From an uncultured Bacteroidales bacterium (GTDB lineage: Bacteria > Bacteroidota > Bacteroidia > Bacteroidales > UBA1715), in NCBI GenBank assembly GCA_937892155.1, contig CALAUG010000022.1:5498-69497 (forward strand): DNA of 64,000 nucleotides, in the 5' to 3' direction. The translations under genes and the position numbers were made by a program. This document shows, piece after piece, positions 37,082 through 46,876 of this stretch. A model generated the notes under the pieces. The model searched no databases. It was given only the letters and a program-made list of their open reading frames with translations, and had not been told where the DNA came from. Within the stretch, counting starts at the first letter, position 1. Each line of letters starts with the position of its first letter.

Positions 37082-38569
37082 TTAATACCCAATGTTTTTT
37101 TTCAATTCAGATTCCCATCGCTCGTATGCTTCGCAATATGCGTTGTAATTTTGAATGTCTGGTTCTATTGTTTCCAATTTCTTGAGATTGCAGAATGCTT
37201 CCTGTGGAGTTTTATAAAATCCAAGTCCGATTCCTGCGCCACGTGCGGCGCCAATTGAACCGTCGGTGTTGTAGAGTTCAATAGTTGCTCCAGAAATGCT
37301 TGCCAATGTTTCTCTAAAAATTGGACTTAAAAACATATTGGCTTTTCCTGCGCGTATTACCGATGGCTGTATGCCGATGGTTTTCATTATTTCCATTCCG
37401 TAGTTGAACGAAAATGCAATGCCTTCGTGCGCGGCACGTACCACGTGATTTGCTGTGTGTGTTGTCAAACTTAATCCAGAAATTGACGCATTGATATTTT
37501 TATCTTGCAATACTCGTTCGGCGCCGTTTCCAAAAGGAAGAACCGACAATCCGTCGGAACCGATGGCAACCGTTGATGCCATCGCATTCATTTCGTCATA
37601 CGAGGCGTTTGGGCAGATATTTTTGTGTATCCACGAATTCATTATGCCTGTTCCGTTTATGCACAACAAAACGCCTAAACGTGGATTTTCTACGTTATAA
37701 TTTACGTGAGCGAATGTGTTCACACGCGATTTTGGGTCGAATGTGATTTCGTCGCATACGCCATACACAACTCCCGAAGTGCCTGCTGTTGTTGCTATTT
37801 CACCAGGATTTAGTACGTTGAGCGACAATGCGTTGTTTGGCTGGTCGCCGGCGCGGTACGAAATGGTTATGTTTGTGTGAAGTCCGAGTTCCTTTGCTGC
37901 AGATTCGCTTATTTTACATTGTCTGCCGAATGTCGGTACAATGTCGGCTAATAAGGAAGAATCAATTCCATAGTAATCGAGCAGTAGTTTTGCCGGAGCC
38001 GATTCTTTGAAATCCCACAACATACCTTCGGAAAGTCCGCTGATTGTTGTTTGGATTTCTCCCGATAATTTCATTGCAATGTAGTCGCCGGGAAGCATAA
38101 TTTTGTGTATTCTGCTATAAATTTCAGGTTCGTTTTCTTGAATCCAACGAAGTTTCGATGCAGTGAAATTTCCCGGACTATTTAGTAGATGCGACAGACT
38201 GAGTTCTGCACCAATTTCTTTGAATGCTTTTTCTCCAATGCTGGTAGCACGGCTGTCGCACCAAATTATTGCAGGACGAAGTACGCTGTGGTTTTGGTCA
38301 ACGCAAACCAATCCGTGCATTTGATACGAAATTCCTATGGCGGAAATGTCTTGTACATTGACATTCGAAGTTTGTAGGACTTCAGTCAATGCCATTTTTA
38401 AATTTTTCCACCATTCTTCTGGTTCTTGTTCTGCCCAGCCAATTTGTTTTGCAATGATTGGCATCTCTTGCTTTGGATAGAAAGCCGATGCTGCGCAGTT
38501 CCCATTTTCACCGTTTACCAACGAAACTTTTACCGATGAACTGCCAATGTCAAATCCTAAAAAATACAT
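37082..38569 (-). CDS. xylB: Xylulokinase (FGGY carbohydrate kinase)
   Basis: Start at internal ATG 38567-38569 (MYFLGFDIGSSSVKVSLV). Contains FGGY N- and C-terminal domains and GWAEQEPEEWW. Confidence 0.8.
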   Translation of the reverse strand: MYFLGFDIGSSSVKVSLVNGENGNCAASAFYPKQEMPIIAKQIGWAEQEPEEWWKNLKMALTEVLQTSNVNVQDISAIGISYQMHGLVCVDQNHSVLRPAIIWCDSRATSIGEKAFKEIGAELSLSHLLNSPGNFTASKLRWIQENEPEIYSRIHKIMLPGDYIAMKLSGEIQTTISGLSEGMLWDFKESAPAKLLLDYYGIDSSLLADIVPTFGRQCKISESAAKELGLHTNITISYRAGDQPNNALSLNVLNPGEIATTAGTSGVVYGVCDEITFDPKSRVNTFAHVNYNVENPRLGVLLCINGTGIMNSWIHKNICPNASYDEMNAMASTVAIGSDGLSVLPFGNGAERVLQDKNINASISGLSLTTHTANHVVRAAHEGIAFSFNYGMEIMKTIGIQPSVIRAGKANMFLSPIFRETLASISGATIELYNTDGSIGAARGAGIGLGFYKTPQEAFCNLKKLETIEPDIQNYNAYCEAYERWESELKKNIGY

Positions 38570-38769
38570 TTGCTTTGTTTTTCTATTCAAAAATAGCAAA
38601 AAGTGTATAAAATACAATAAGAACGTTTTCCAAATACCTGTGCTGGAGTTCTGTCATCAGAAAACTTTATGTTGTTTGTGGATGAAAATAATTTGATTGT
38701 CAATTTTTTATCAAAAAATAAGAAGGAGAGGATAATGATTCGGATTTTGGGATACTTTTGCCTCCCGAA

Positions 38770-40134
38770 ATGATAAAAAATCTCACAAAAGGCAATCCGG
38801 CCAAGGTAATTTTTTTGTTCTCGCTCCCGATAATATTGGGGAACGTGTTCCAGCAGATATACAGCATTGTCGATTCGGTTATTGTCGGACGTTTTGTGTG
38901 CTATCAGGCATTGGCAGGCGTAGGAATTACTGGAGGATTGACGTTTTTTGTTTTTGGTTTTGTCATTGGAATTACCAGTGGCTTGGGAATTAAGACGGCT
39001 CAATTTTTTGGCGCAAAAGATTTTGAAAATATGCGTCGTTCGTTGGGTACGGGCATCGTTATCAGCATTGTAAGTTCATGCATTATTACATTTTTGGCGT
39101 TGATAACCATTCATCCAATGCTTCGTTTGATGGATGCTTCTCCCGATATTTATGAGTATTCTTATATCTATTTGAAAATCACTTATATAGGAATCATATC
39201 GCAGTTTGCATACAATTTGGTTGCTTGTATTCTGCGAGCATTGGGCGACAGCAAAACCCCGTTGTATTTCCTTATTTTTTCATCGGTTCTCAATATAATT
39301 TTAGACATTTTGTTTGTGAAAACGTTTGGCTTTGGCGTTGCAGGAGCTGCGTGGGCAACGGTTATTGCACAAATTATTTCGGCAATTTGTTGTTTCATAT
39401 ATGTGTTTAAACGCTATCCAGAATTGCACCTTGCAAAAAGTGATTTCAATACCAATTGGAAATTTGTGTGGGAGCATTTGAAAATTGGTCTGCCAATGGC
39501 TTTGCAATTCAGTATTACGTCGATAGGTGTGATTTTGCTGTATGCAGCCTTAAATAATTTCCCAACCACGTATATTGCGGGTTACACAACTGCAAATAAA
39601 ATTCAGAGTTTGGGCATGCTTGTGCCGATTTCGTTGGGCGTAGGTGTGGCAAATTACGTCGGACAGAATTATGGCGCGCGCAATTTTGTCCGTATGCGTA
39701 TAGGGGTGAATTCCGCCGTGATTATGACATTATGTTTTTGTCTGGTAATAAGTTCGTTAATGGCCTTTTTCGCCGATGCGTTGACGTCGTTGTTTATAGA
39801 TGACAAGGTTGTTGCCAATATTTCTGAAATTTATACTGCATCGCGGTGGTACATATATATATCCGCATTGTTTTTCCCGTTTTTGTTTGTGTTGTTTGTG
39901 TATAGAAATGCCTTGCAAGGCGTAGGAAAAACCTTTTTGCCGTTGATGGCAGGTGTTTTGGAATTGGTTATACGTGCTGTTGCATCGGTAATTTTGCCAC
40001 CAATGTTCGGTTACAACGGAATTTTGCTCGTCGATGTGCTTGCGTGGGTGGGAGCGTGCACATTGCTTACAATCGGCTATATTGTGCAGATGCCGAAAAA
40101 AGCCGATTTCTATAAGGTAAGAAGTAAACATTAA
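38770..40134 (+). CDS. MATE-family efflux transporter
   Basis: ATG at 38770 (the track start 38758 is TTG). N-terminus MIKNLTKGNPAKVIFLFSLPIILGNVFQQIYSIVDSVIVGRF, 12 TM helices. Confidence 0.9.
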   Translation: MIKNLTKGNPAKVIFLFSLPIILGNVFQQIYSIVDSVIVGRFVCYQALAGVGITGGLTFFVFGFVIGITSGLGIKTAQFFGAKDFENMRRSLGTGIVISIVSSCIITFLALITIHPMLRLMDASPDIYEYSYIYLKITYIGIISQFAYNLVACILRALGDSKTPLYFLIFSSVLNIILDILFVKTFGFGVAGAAWATVIAQIISAICCFIYVFKRYPELHLAKSDFNTNWKFVWEHLKIGLPMALQFSITSIGVILLYAALNNFPTTYIAGYTTANKIQSLGMLVPISLGVGVANYVGQNYGARNFVRMRIGVNSAVIMTLCFCLVISSLMAFFADALTSLFIDDKVVANISEIYTASRWYIYISALFFPFLFVLFVYRNALQGVGKTFLPLMAGVLELVIRAVASVILPPMFGYNGILLVDVLAWVGACTLLTIGYIVQMPKKADFYKVRSKH

Positions 40135-40248
40135 GAATCAAGAAACAAGAATCAGGATTCAAGACTTTGCATTGTTAAAATTTTGAGTCCTTGAGTGTTG
40201 ATAAAAGATTATCCCTATGCTTTACGCAAGCATAACGTTTGCTATAAA

Positions 40249-40542
40249 ATGAATAAGAATACTGACATATTCGATATCAATATTAAAGATTATGCCGATT
40301 TGCTAAAAAAGGTAAAACACCGTATTTATCTTGCCCAACAACGCGCAATACTCTCTGCAAATGAAGAAATGTTGCGTATGTATTGGGATATTGGGAATAT
40401 GCTACATTCTCGACAAGAGGAAGCGGGTTGGGGAACAAAGTTTCTTGAAAGGCTTTCCAATGATTTGAAAAATGAATTCCCTGATGTTAAAGGCTTTTCT
40501 GTGCGTAACTGTCAGTTTATGATTCAGTTCTATAAATTCTGA
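40249..40542 (+). pseudogene. DUF1016 (YhcG-like PDDEXK nuclease) N-terminal fragment
   Basis: Only about 98 codons remain (YADLLKKVKHRIYLAQQRAILSANEEMLRMYWDIGNML...WGTKFLERLSNDLKNEFPDVKGFSVRNCQFMIQFYKF-stop). Full-length family members are about 340-380 aa, and the nuclease core is missing. Confidence 0.8.
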
Positions 40543-40567
40543 AAGGTATGAAAGACATTTTAAATAT

Positions 40568-41239
40568 TTGAAAACTGAAAAAGTCCCAGTTCCTCCAAAA
40601 GATATTCAAAAATCCATCGTTTCTGAATGTGAGCAAATCGACAAAGAATATTCGGACGCACAGAAAAAAATCGAAGAATGTAAGAATGAGATTGAAAATC
40701 AGTTTATTGAATCTCAAAAAAGTGCAAGTGATGTTTATAAACTTTCAAATAAAGATATTTTTGAAGTTTCGATTGGACGAAGGATTCTTTCAACAGAAAT
40801 AAGCGAAAATTATGAAATACCAGTTTATAGTGCAAATGTTTTTGAAGAATTTGGAAAAATCAACAAACTTTTGCTCACAGAATTTGAAAGACCTTCTGTA
40901 ATATGGGGAATTGATGGCGATTGGATGGTAAATGTAATTCCAGCCGAACAAAAATTTTACCCAACAGACCATTGTGGCGTTTTGAGAATAAAAGATAAAA
41001 AACTCGAAGAAAAATATGTTGCTTGGGTTTTGAATAAAGAAGGAAAATCGGCAGGTTTTAGAAGAGAATATCGAGCTTCAATAGACAGAATCGAAGGAAT
41101 TTCGATAAAAGTTCCATCTCTCTCCGAGCAGCAAAAAATTGTTGAACAAATCACCGCATTGGAAGAACAAATTGCTGATGCAAAGAAAACGATAGCGGAC
41201 TGTCCGCAGAAAAAGGCGGAAGTGTTAAAAAATATTTGA
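40568..41239 (+). pseudogene. hsdS: Type I restriction-modification specificity subunit (HsdS), 3' half only
   Basis: No ATG; the frame opens with TTG directly inside the central conserved HsdS helix (VPVPPKDIQKSIVSECEQIDKEY...). This is followed by one target-recognition domain and the C-terminal conserved helix (VPSLSEQQKIVEQITALEEQIADAKK). No hsdM or hsdR lies in the window. Confidence 0.75.
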
Positions 41240-41253
41240 ATTAACCCATTCAA

Positions 41254-41286
41254 ACAAAGGCGTAACTCAATGAATTACGCCTTTGT
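41254..41286. terminator. Bidirectional hairpin between convergent genes
   Basis: Perfect 12-bp stem acaaaggcgtaa / ttacgcctttgt with a 9-nt loop, T-rich 3' flank on the plus strand. It lies between the hsdS remnant (+) and GH2 (-). Confidence 0.55.
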
Positions 41287-41327
41287 CTATTGTTTCCTCT
41301 TTTCGTATAAAACCTTTCTTTGCTTTA

Positions 41328-44243
41328 TTATTTCCCAATCTTCAATTCCGTTTTCTCCAATCCTTCTGCTTCGGCGGTGATTTTCAATGGTTTATCGTAC
41401 GATTTTGGCTTTATGATAATTTGTGCATATCCATTGAACAAATTTCTGACAATTTCTGGCGTAGGATAGATTATTTGTACGCATCCTGGTTCACGATTTG
41501 GCTCGTCGTAAATATACGTTTTACGGAATTTTTGTCCTGTAACAACGTATTCATTTTTGCCAGATTTTAAATATTCCAAAGGAATTTGTATTGCATCGAG
41601 TTGATTGGTTCTTTGAATATTTTCTTGTAATATATGTCCGTTTATGTAGATAGTTTGTTGTTCCACAATACTTTTTGCGAACAATGTTACGGTCATGTTT
41701 TTGTCAAATTTATCAATGTTGAATGAGCCACGAATCACTTTCAACGAATCTTTGTATTCGTCCCAATGTAGATTGTCTGGTTCGGCAGAAAAAGCAGGAA
41801 TCCACGACGAATAATTGTAGCCTTCGGTGGTTTCTTCTCTGTTTTCAAGATTAGGAACGGTACATTCTTTTAAGTCAACAATTTGAGAAACAATGTTTTC
41901 CGCAAAGAAAACTTCTGCCTCGTGGCTCGATGGATCTCCATTACCGACATACACCATATCTACATCGTCATCAACTGTGAATTGTATTTGATTATTTGCC
42001 GTAATGTCAATTTCATTGTTGTCATTCAATGCAGAAACAGTAATGATAGCAACATCGTTTTCGGTTAAACCATAATCAAGCATTTTTAGTCTTGTCGCCT
42101 TGGCGTTTCCGTTCACAACTGAAATACCATAACTTTTCCCGTCTCCCTCGCCGCACAATCGTTCGCCTTTCTCGTTGTAGCCAACGGCTGAAAGTGTTCC
42201 AGGTACGAATTTCACTTTCCATGTCGCAAAGTCATTTTTCGCAATAGGTTGAATTCCTAAAGATTCTTTATTTACAAACAATTCAACTTGTGGACAATTT
42301 GAATAGACGATAACATCAACAGAATCAGTTCCTTCGGCATAATCCCAATTTGATGCAATATGAAGAACCACATCTTTGGTCCACCACGATTTCAGATAAT
42401 AGAAATTGTCTTTTTCAAATCCGCACAAGTCGGTAATTCCAAATTGAGAAACAACTGCTGGATAACCGTATGGCGTTGGTTCGCCACGATAGTCAAGTCC
42501 TGTCCAATAAAATAGTCCGGAAGCCCACGGACGTTCGTTGTAGAATTGCCAACCGCCGCGCATACCTTCGTCGTACAAATTTGTGGCTGCAAGCATACAA
42601 AGTGTGTCGTTTGTTGTGTAAACACCGCGGGTGCGGATAGTATTACTTTCTTCAGTTCCAATCAGTGGATGATCGGGATATTTTGCGTGAAAACCATCTA
42701 CGTCGCCGTGGTCGATGTAGTTGATGCCACAAACTTCCGTTGTTTTTCCAATGCCATTTTCCCAACCTCCGCTTGCTGCTATGGTGAATGCTCGGGAAGA
42801 ATCAAGTAAATGAGCATATTGTTCCATATTTTGCGCAATTCGCGCTCCTTTTTCATTCCCTTCGATTGCCCATTCTTCGTTGCCCAACGACCAAATAAAC
42901 ACACTCGGATGATTTCTGTCGCGCAGAATCAGTTGCTCAATATTCTTTTTGTGTTCTTGGTTAATTCCCATCAAACGAAGTTCGTCCATAACCAAAACTC
43001 CAAGTCTATCGCAAGTATTCAAAAAATCTGGCGCTGGCGGATTGTGAGAAGTTCTAATAGCATTACAACCCATATCCATCATTTTTCGTACACGATAATT
43101 TTGTAAATCGGGAGTGATTGCAACGCCCACGCCTGCATGGTCTTGGTGTAAACAAACGCCACGCACTTTTATTGATTTTCCATTTATAAACAAACCATTG
43201 TCGGCATCAAAAGCAACCGTACGAATACCAAAATTTGTTTGATATGTATCTACAACTTTTTCAGTTTCTGTATTATACACACACACGTCGCTTCTGTACA
43301 AATAAGGAAAACCTTCATCCCAAACGTTCCATAGTAACGGATTTGAAATAGAATAATGTAGTACAACTTCGGTGGAACTATGCGGAGCAAGATGAATTTT
43401 CTTTGATTGTTTTTCTATCTGACAATCAGAGCCAAATGCAATGCTGTCGGTGTTTTTGTAAGTTTCATCAGGATTGATAATTTTTTCAATAACAACAAAA
43501 GTTGCAGGTTCATTTGATTCGTTCACAATTTTTGTCCGCGATGTTATTTCCGCTTTTGAATCAGAGAGTTTGTCAGTAGTTATGAACGTACCATAACGAG
43601 CGACGTGCAATGGATTTGTTTTAATCAAATTCACATTTCTGTAGATTCCAGCACCTTCGTAAAACCAACCTTCTTCAAATGACGCATCGGCACGGACTGC
43701 AATGACATTTTCGCCACCATAATTGAGATATTCGGTCAAATCGTATGAAAAACCAGTGTAACCACTTGGCTCGTTTCCTAAATAAAATCCGTTGCACCAA
43801 ACTTTTGAATCACGAAAAACACCTTCAAATTCAATAGAAATTTTTTTGCCGAAATCAGCGGAATCAATAAAAAAAGTCTTTCTATACCAACCAACACTAT
43901 TTTCCGGATAATTTCTACCAATAGTTTTGGAACCATGACTCACACTTCCATTTTCAGAAAACGGCAATTCCACGCACCAATCGTGAGGAACGGAAACAGT
44001 TCTCCACATTCTGTCGTCAAAATCCTTTGTGGCAGGACCGTCACCAAAACCAGCTTTAGTTACATACGAGAAATAAGATGTTCCGTTGTTAAAATCCTTT
44101 TCTCTGTCGTATGCATGGCCGATTGCAAATTTCCAATCGGTGTTGAATGATTGCACTGAACGGTCGGATGTGTTGCATTCCTGAATTTTTGTTGAACAAG
44201 AAAACAAAGTGAAAGCAGAAAGAATGAAAATAAGTTTTTTCAT
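41328..44243 (-). CDS. Glycoside hydrolase family 2 (beta-galactosidase/beta-mannosidase-like), lipoprotein
   Basis: Start at internal ATG 44241-44243 (MKKLIFILSAFTLFSC). Contains the GH2 sugar-binding, Ig-like and TIM-barrel domains (IRTSHNPP, WSLGNEEW, IGTEESN) and C-terminal accessory beta-domains. Confidence 0.88.
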   Translation of the reverse strand: MKKLIFILSAFTLFSCSTKIQECNTSDRSVQSFNTDWKFAIGHAYDREKDFNNGTSYFSYVTKAGFGDGPATKDFDDRMWRTVSVPHDWCVELPFSENGSVSHGSKTIGRNYPENSVGWYRKTFFIDSADFGKKISIEFEGVFRDSKVWCNGFYLGNEPSGYTGFSYDLTEYLNYGGENVIAVRADASFEEGWFYEGAGIYRNVNLIKTNPLHVARYGTFITTDKLSDSKAEITSRTKIVNESNEPATFVVIEKIINPDETYKNTDSIAFGSDCQIEKQSKKIHLAPHSSTEVVLHYSISNPLLWNVWDEGFPYLYRSDVCVYNTETEKVVDTYQTNFGIRTVAFDADNGLFINGKSIKVRGVCLHQDHAGVGVAITPDLQNYRVRKMMDMGCNAIRTSHNPPAPDFLNTCDRLGVLVMDELRLMGINQEHKKNIEQLILRDRNHPSVFIWSLGNEEWAIEGNEKGARIAQNMEQYAHLLDSSRAFTIAASGGWENGIGKTTEVCGINYIDHGDVDGFHAKYPDHPLIGTEESNTIRTRGVYTTNDTLCMLAATNLYDEGMRGGWQFYNERPWASGLFYWTGLDYRGEPTPYGYPAVVSQFGITDLCGFEKDNFYYLKSWWTKDVVLHIASNWDYAEGTDSVDVIVYSNCPQVELFVNKESLGIQPIAKNDFATWKVKFVPGTLSAVGYNEKGERLCGEGDGKSYGISVVNGNAKATRLKMLDYGLTENDVAIITVSALNDNNEIDITANNQIQFTVDDDVDMVYVGNGDPSSHEAEVFFAENIVSQIVDLKECTVPNLENREETTEGYNYSSWIPAFSAEPDNLHWDEYKDSLKVIRGSFNIDKFDKNMTVTLFAKSIVEQQTIYINGHILQENIQRTNQLDAIQIPLEYLKSGKNEYVVTGQKFRKTYIYDEPNREPGCVQIIYPTPEIVRNLFNGYAQIIIKPKSYDKPLKITAEAEGLEKTELKIGK

Positions 44244-44325
44244 ACAAAATTCATGTTTTGAAACGGTAATACTCTTTACGTTTTCAAAGATAATGAAATG
44301 TTGTAAAAATGACACTAAGTAACTG

Positions 44326-44712
44326 TTATAGATATCCAAATTCCTCCAAATCGCGTCGCTCTTTTTTCGTTGGACGTCCACTACCTTTGTCTCTGCGGAC
44401 GGTAAAAATCATTTTTACGTCTTCCAATTTTTGAAGTTCCGATTGAGGAGTAATATCCTTTACAAAATCAACAACGACTTTGGCAGATTCTCGTTGTGCC
44501 AATAAACCTAATACTTCGTATGAACGTACGATAGGAGGGCGTTTAACTTTAACAATGTCGCCGATTTTTAGTGTGTGTGAAGGTTTTACATACACATTAC
44601 CTATGGAGATTTGGTTGTTTTGGCAGGCTTTTGATGCAAGACTGCGTGTTTTATATAACCGAACGGCCCAAAGCCATTTGTCGATGCGTATATTATCTTC
44701 GGTTTTGGGCAT
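44326..44712 (-). CDS. hslR: S4-domain RNA-binding protein (Hsp15/HslR-like ribosome-associated heat-shock protein)
   Basis: 128 aa. Contains IRIDKWLWAVRLYKTRSLASKAC...V.VNG..KPS..LKIGD. Confidence 0.8.
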   Translation of the reverse strand: MPKTEDNIRIDKWLWAVRLYKTRSLASKACQNNQISIGNVYVKPSHTLKIGDIVKVKRPPIVRSYEVLGLLAQRESAKVVVDFVKDITPQSELQKLEDVKMIFTVRRDKGSGRPTKKERRDLEEFGYL

Positions 44713-45302
44713 TATAAGTCAATGAAGTTTTTTAGGATTTGCGCACCTACAAGACCGCTTTTTTCTGGGTGAAACTGAAATGCAAAAAAGTTGTCTTTCT
44801 CAATTCCTGCGCTAAAATCAAGAACATAATTACATGTAGCAGTGCTGTGCTCGTTCATTTCTGCGTAATAACTGTGCACGAAATACACATAACTCTCAGG
44901 ATTGATGTTTCTAAGCAATGTTCCTTTAAAGTCTTTTATTGTGTTCCAGCCCATGTGTGGAATTTTTTCAGAACCAGAAGGAAATCGTTTCACATTAACA
45001 TCAAAAATTCCCAAGCAATCAACATCGCCTTCTTCGGAGTGCTTACACATCAGTTGCATACCGAAACAAATTCCCAAAAATGGTTGTTTGAGCGATACGA
45101 GCACTTCGTCAAGGTGACGTTCACGAAGATATGGCATGGCTGTTCCTGCATCGCCTACGCCGGGGAAAATAATTTTGTCGGCTTTATACAAAATTTCCGG
45201 ATCATTGGTGATGATTGGCTCAATGCCAAGACGATTGAGTGCGTAACTGACTGATTGAATGTTACCTGCGTTATATTTTACAATTGCTACTTGCATGTTC
45301 AT
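44712..45302 (-). CDS. hisH: Imidazole glycerol phosphate synthase glutamine amidotransferase subunit HisH
   Basis: 196 aa. Contains IIFPGVGDAG, the nucleophile block FLGICFGMQLM and the triad block FQFHPEKS. Confidence 0.88.
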   Translation of the reverse strand: MNMQVAIVKYNAGNIQSVSYALNRLGIEPIITNDPEILYKADKIIFPGVGDAGTAMPYLRERHLDEVLVSLKQPFLGICFGMQLMCKHSEEGDVDCLGIFDVNVKRFPSGSEKIPHMGWNTIKDFKGTLLRNINPESYVYFVHSYYAEMNEHSTATCNYVLDFSAGIEKDNFFAFQFHPEKSGLVGAQILKNFIDL

Positions 45303-45376
45303 ATATATTATCGCAAAATTACAAACATTTGTTTAATTCTTCCTTGCGAATGTATTTTGACCGAAGTCTAAAAATG

Positions 45377-45451
45377 TCGGGGCAACTGGATTCGAACCAG
45401 CGACCTCACGCCCCCCAGACGTGCACTCATACCGGACTGAGCTATACCCCG
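45377..45451 (-). tRNA. tRNA-Pro (anticodon GGG)
   Basis: The reverse complement is CGGGGTATAGCTCAGTCCGGTATGAGTGCACGTCTGGGGGGCGTGAGGTCGCTGGTTCGAATCCAGTTGCCCCGA. It folds as a cloverleaf:
- 7-bp acceptor stem CGGGGTA/TGCCCCG.
- D arm GCTC..GAGT.
- Anticodon stem CACGT/GCGTG with loop CTGGGGG.
- T arm GCTGG-TTCGAAT-CCAGT.
The CCA end is not encoded. Confidence 0.9.
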
Positions 45452-45461
45452 AAAAATAATA

Positions 45462-45722
45462 TTAAAAATTTGTGTCTAATGATGTGTACTCTGCATCGCA
45501 GTCTGCTTTAACAGAATCAATAATTTCGTAACGTAATTGTACGCTGCTGTCTTCTAATGCTTTTAATTTACCATATACGCAATCACAATACGAAACAGTT
45601 TGGTCTCCATAAAAAACTTGTATGTCTTTGTCTTTTAAACACTTGTTTTTTATTTTCTCTGCCGATGGAGTACAAGCCGATATTAAAGCTAAAATTGATG
45701 CTATAAATGCTATTTTCTTCAT
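45462..45722 (-). CDS. Small Cys-containing lipoprotein, unknown function
   Basis: 86 aa with lipobox LALISAC-T and four further Cys residues. Confidence 0.5.
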   Translation of the reverse strand: MKKIAFIASILALISACTPSAEKIKNKCLKDKDIQVFYGDQTVSYCDCVYGKLKALEDSSVQLRYEIIDSVKADCDAEYTSLDTNF

Positions 45723-45812
45723 TGAAACCTAATTTTTGCGAAGGTAACAACTATTGTAATAACTTGTTAAATAAATTCAAATTCTTTTCCGAAATAACTC
45801 CACGAATCGGCC

Positions 45813-45820
45813 TATTTTTG
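45813..45820 (+). promoter_or_regulatory. Bacteroidota -7 promoter box (TATTTTTG) upstream of trxB
   Basis: Matches TAnnTTTG, 20 nt upstream of the ATG at 45840. Confidence 0.4.
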
Positions 45821-45839
45821 TCGTATAAAACATTGTAAT

Positions 45840-46778
45840 ATGGAAAATCAAGAAATAGAAAAAGTTAATTGCCTTATTATTGGTAGTGGACCAGCAGGCT
45901 ATACGGCAGCAATTTATGCTTCACGAGCAAATTTAAATCCTGTGTTGTACGAAGGAATGCAAACGGGTGGACAATTAACCACGACGAGTGAAGTTGAAAA
46001 TTTTCCTGGTTATCCAGATGGTGTTTCTGGTAGCGACATGATGGAGGACATCCGTAAACAAGCTTTAAAATTTGGCGCCGATATCCGCGAAGGAAATGTT
46101 ACCGCTGTTGATTTATCAGATACGAAAAAAATTGTTACAATAGATTCTAAAAAAACAATAGAAGCAAATGCTGTCATTATTGCCACAGGTGCTTCTGCAC
46201 GATATTTAGGTCTGGAAAGCGAACGAAACTTCCGTGGAATGGGCGTCTCGGCATGTGCTGTATGCGACGGATTTTTCTATCGTAAACAGACTGTTGCAGT
46301 TATTGGTGGTGGCGATACTGCTGTAGGTGACGCATTGTATTTGGCAGGAATCGCTTCAAAAGTATATTTGATTGTCCGCAAAAATTATCTTCGTGCTTCA
46401 AAAGTTCTTCAGGAACGTGTGGCAAATACGCCAAATATTGAAATTCTTTTTGAACACGTCACCAAAGAAGTCTTGGGAGACGATAGTGGCGTAACGGGAC
46501 TTCGACTTGAAAAACAGGGTAGTGAGGAAGTAAAAATAGATGTTACGGGAATGTTTTTGGCAATTGGTCATAAACCAAATACCGAAATATTCAAAGGTCA
46601 AATTACTTTAGATGAAAATGGTTATATCGTAACAGAAGGAAAGGGCGCACAAACAAATATTAAAGGCGTGTTCGCATGTGGTGACGTCCAGGATCCAACA
46701 TATCGTCAGGCAATTACGGCTGCTGCTTCAGGATGTAAGGCTGCTCTTGATTGTGAACGATATTTACAGTTGAAATAA
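45840..46778 (+). CDS. trxB: Thioredoxin-disulfide reductase
   Basis: 312 aa. Contains GSGPAGYTAAIYASR, the redox-active CAVCDG and GGGDTAVGDALYL. Confidence 0.95.
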   Translation: MENQEIEKVNCLIIGSGPAGYTAAIYASRANLNPVLYEGMQTGGQLTTTSEVENFPGYPDGVSGSDMMEDIRKQALKFGADIREGNVTAVDLSDTKKIVTIDSKKTIEANAVIIATGASARYLGLESERNFRGMGVSACAVCDGFFYRKQTVAVIGGGDTAVGDALYLAGIASKVYLIVRKNYLRASKVLQERVANTPNIEILFEHVTKEVLGDDSGVTGLRLEKQGSEEVKIDVTGMFLAIGHKPNTEIFKGQITLDENGYIVTEGKGAQTNIKGVFACGDVQDPTYRQAITAAASGCKAALDCERYLQLK

Positions 46779-46876
46779 TTGGTTCAAAGGAAATGAACGT
46801 AACCGACGGTGTTTAATGAATTGTCGGTTTCCAGAAGTCAGAAAAACTGACAACTGAAAACTGACAATAGATTCAT

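Noticed and set aside
37082-38569. xylB without an adjacent xylA, considered as an anomaly.
   Set aside because: FGGY kinases are frequently unlinked from isomerases, and substrate specificity cannot be fixed from the sequence by eye. This is not noteworthy without whole-genome context.
38587-39003. 138-aa minus-strand ORF spanning the xylB-MATE intergenic region.
   Set aside because: It overlaps the MATE 5' end and the divergent promoter region. Its sequence is compositionally odd (Asn/Lys/Ser-rich) and shows no signal or family motif.
40135-45451. A genomic island integrated at the 3' end of tRNA-Pro (R-M remnant, GH2, hslR, orphan hisH).
   Set aside because: No integrase, no excisionase and no convincing direct repeat of the tRNA 3' end were found. 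The best candidate is the partial ggattca..a match near 40155. The gene content is mostly housekeeping-like, so the evidence is insufficient.
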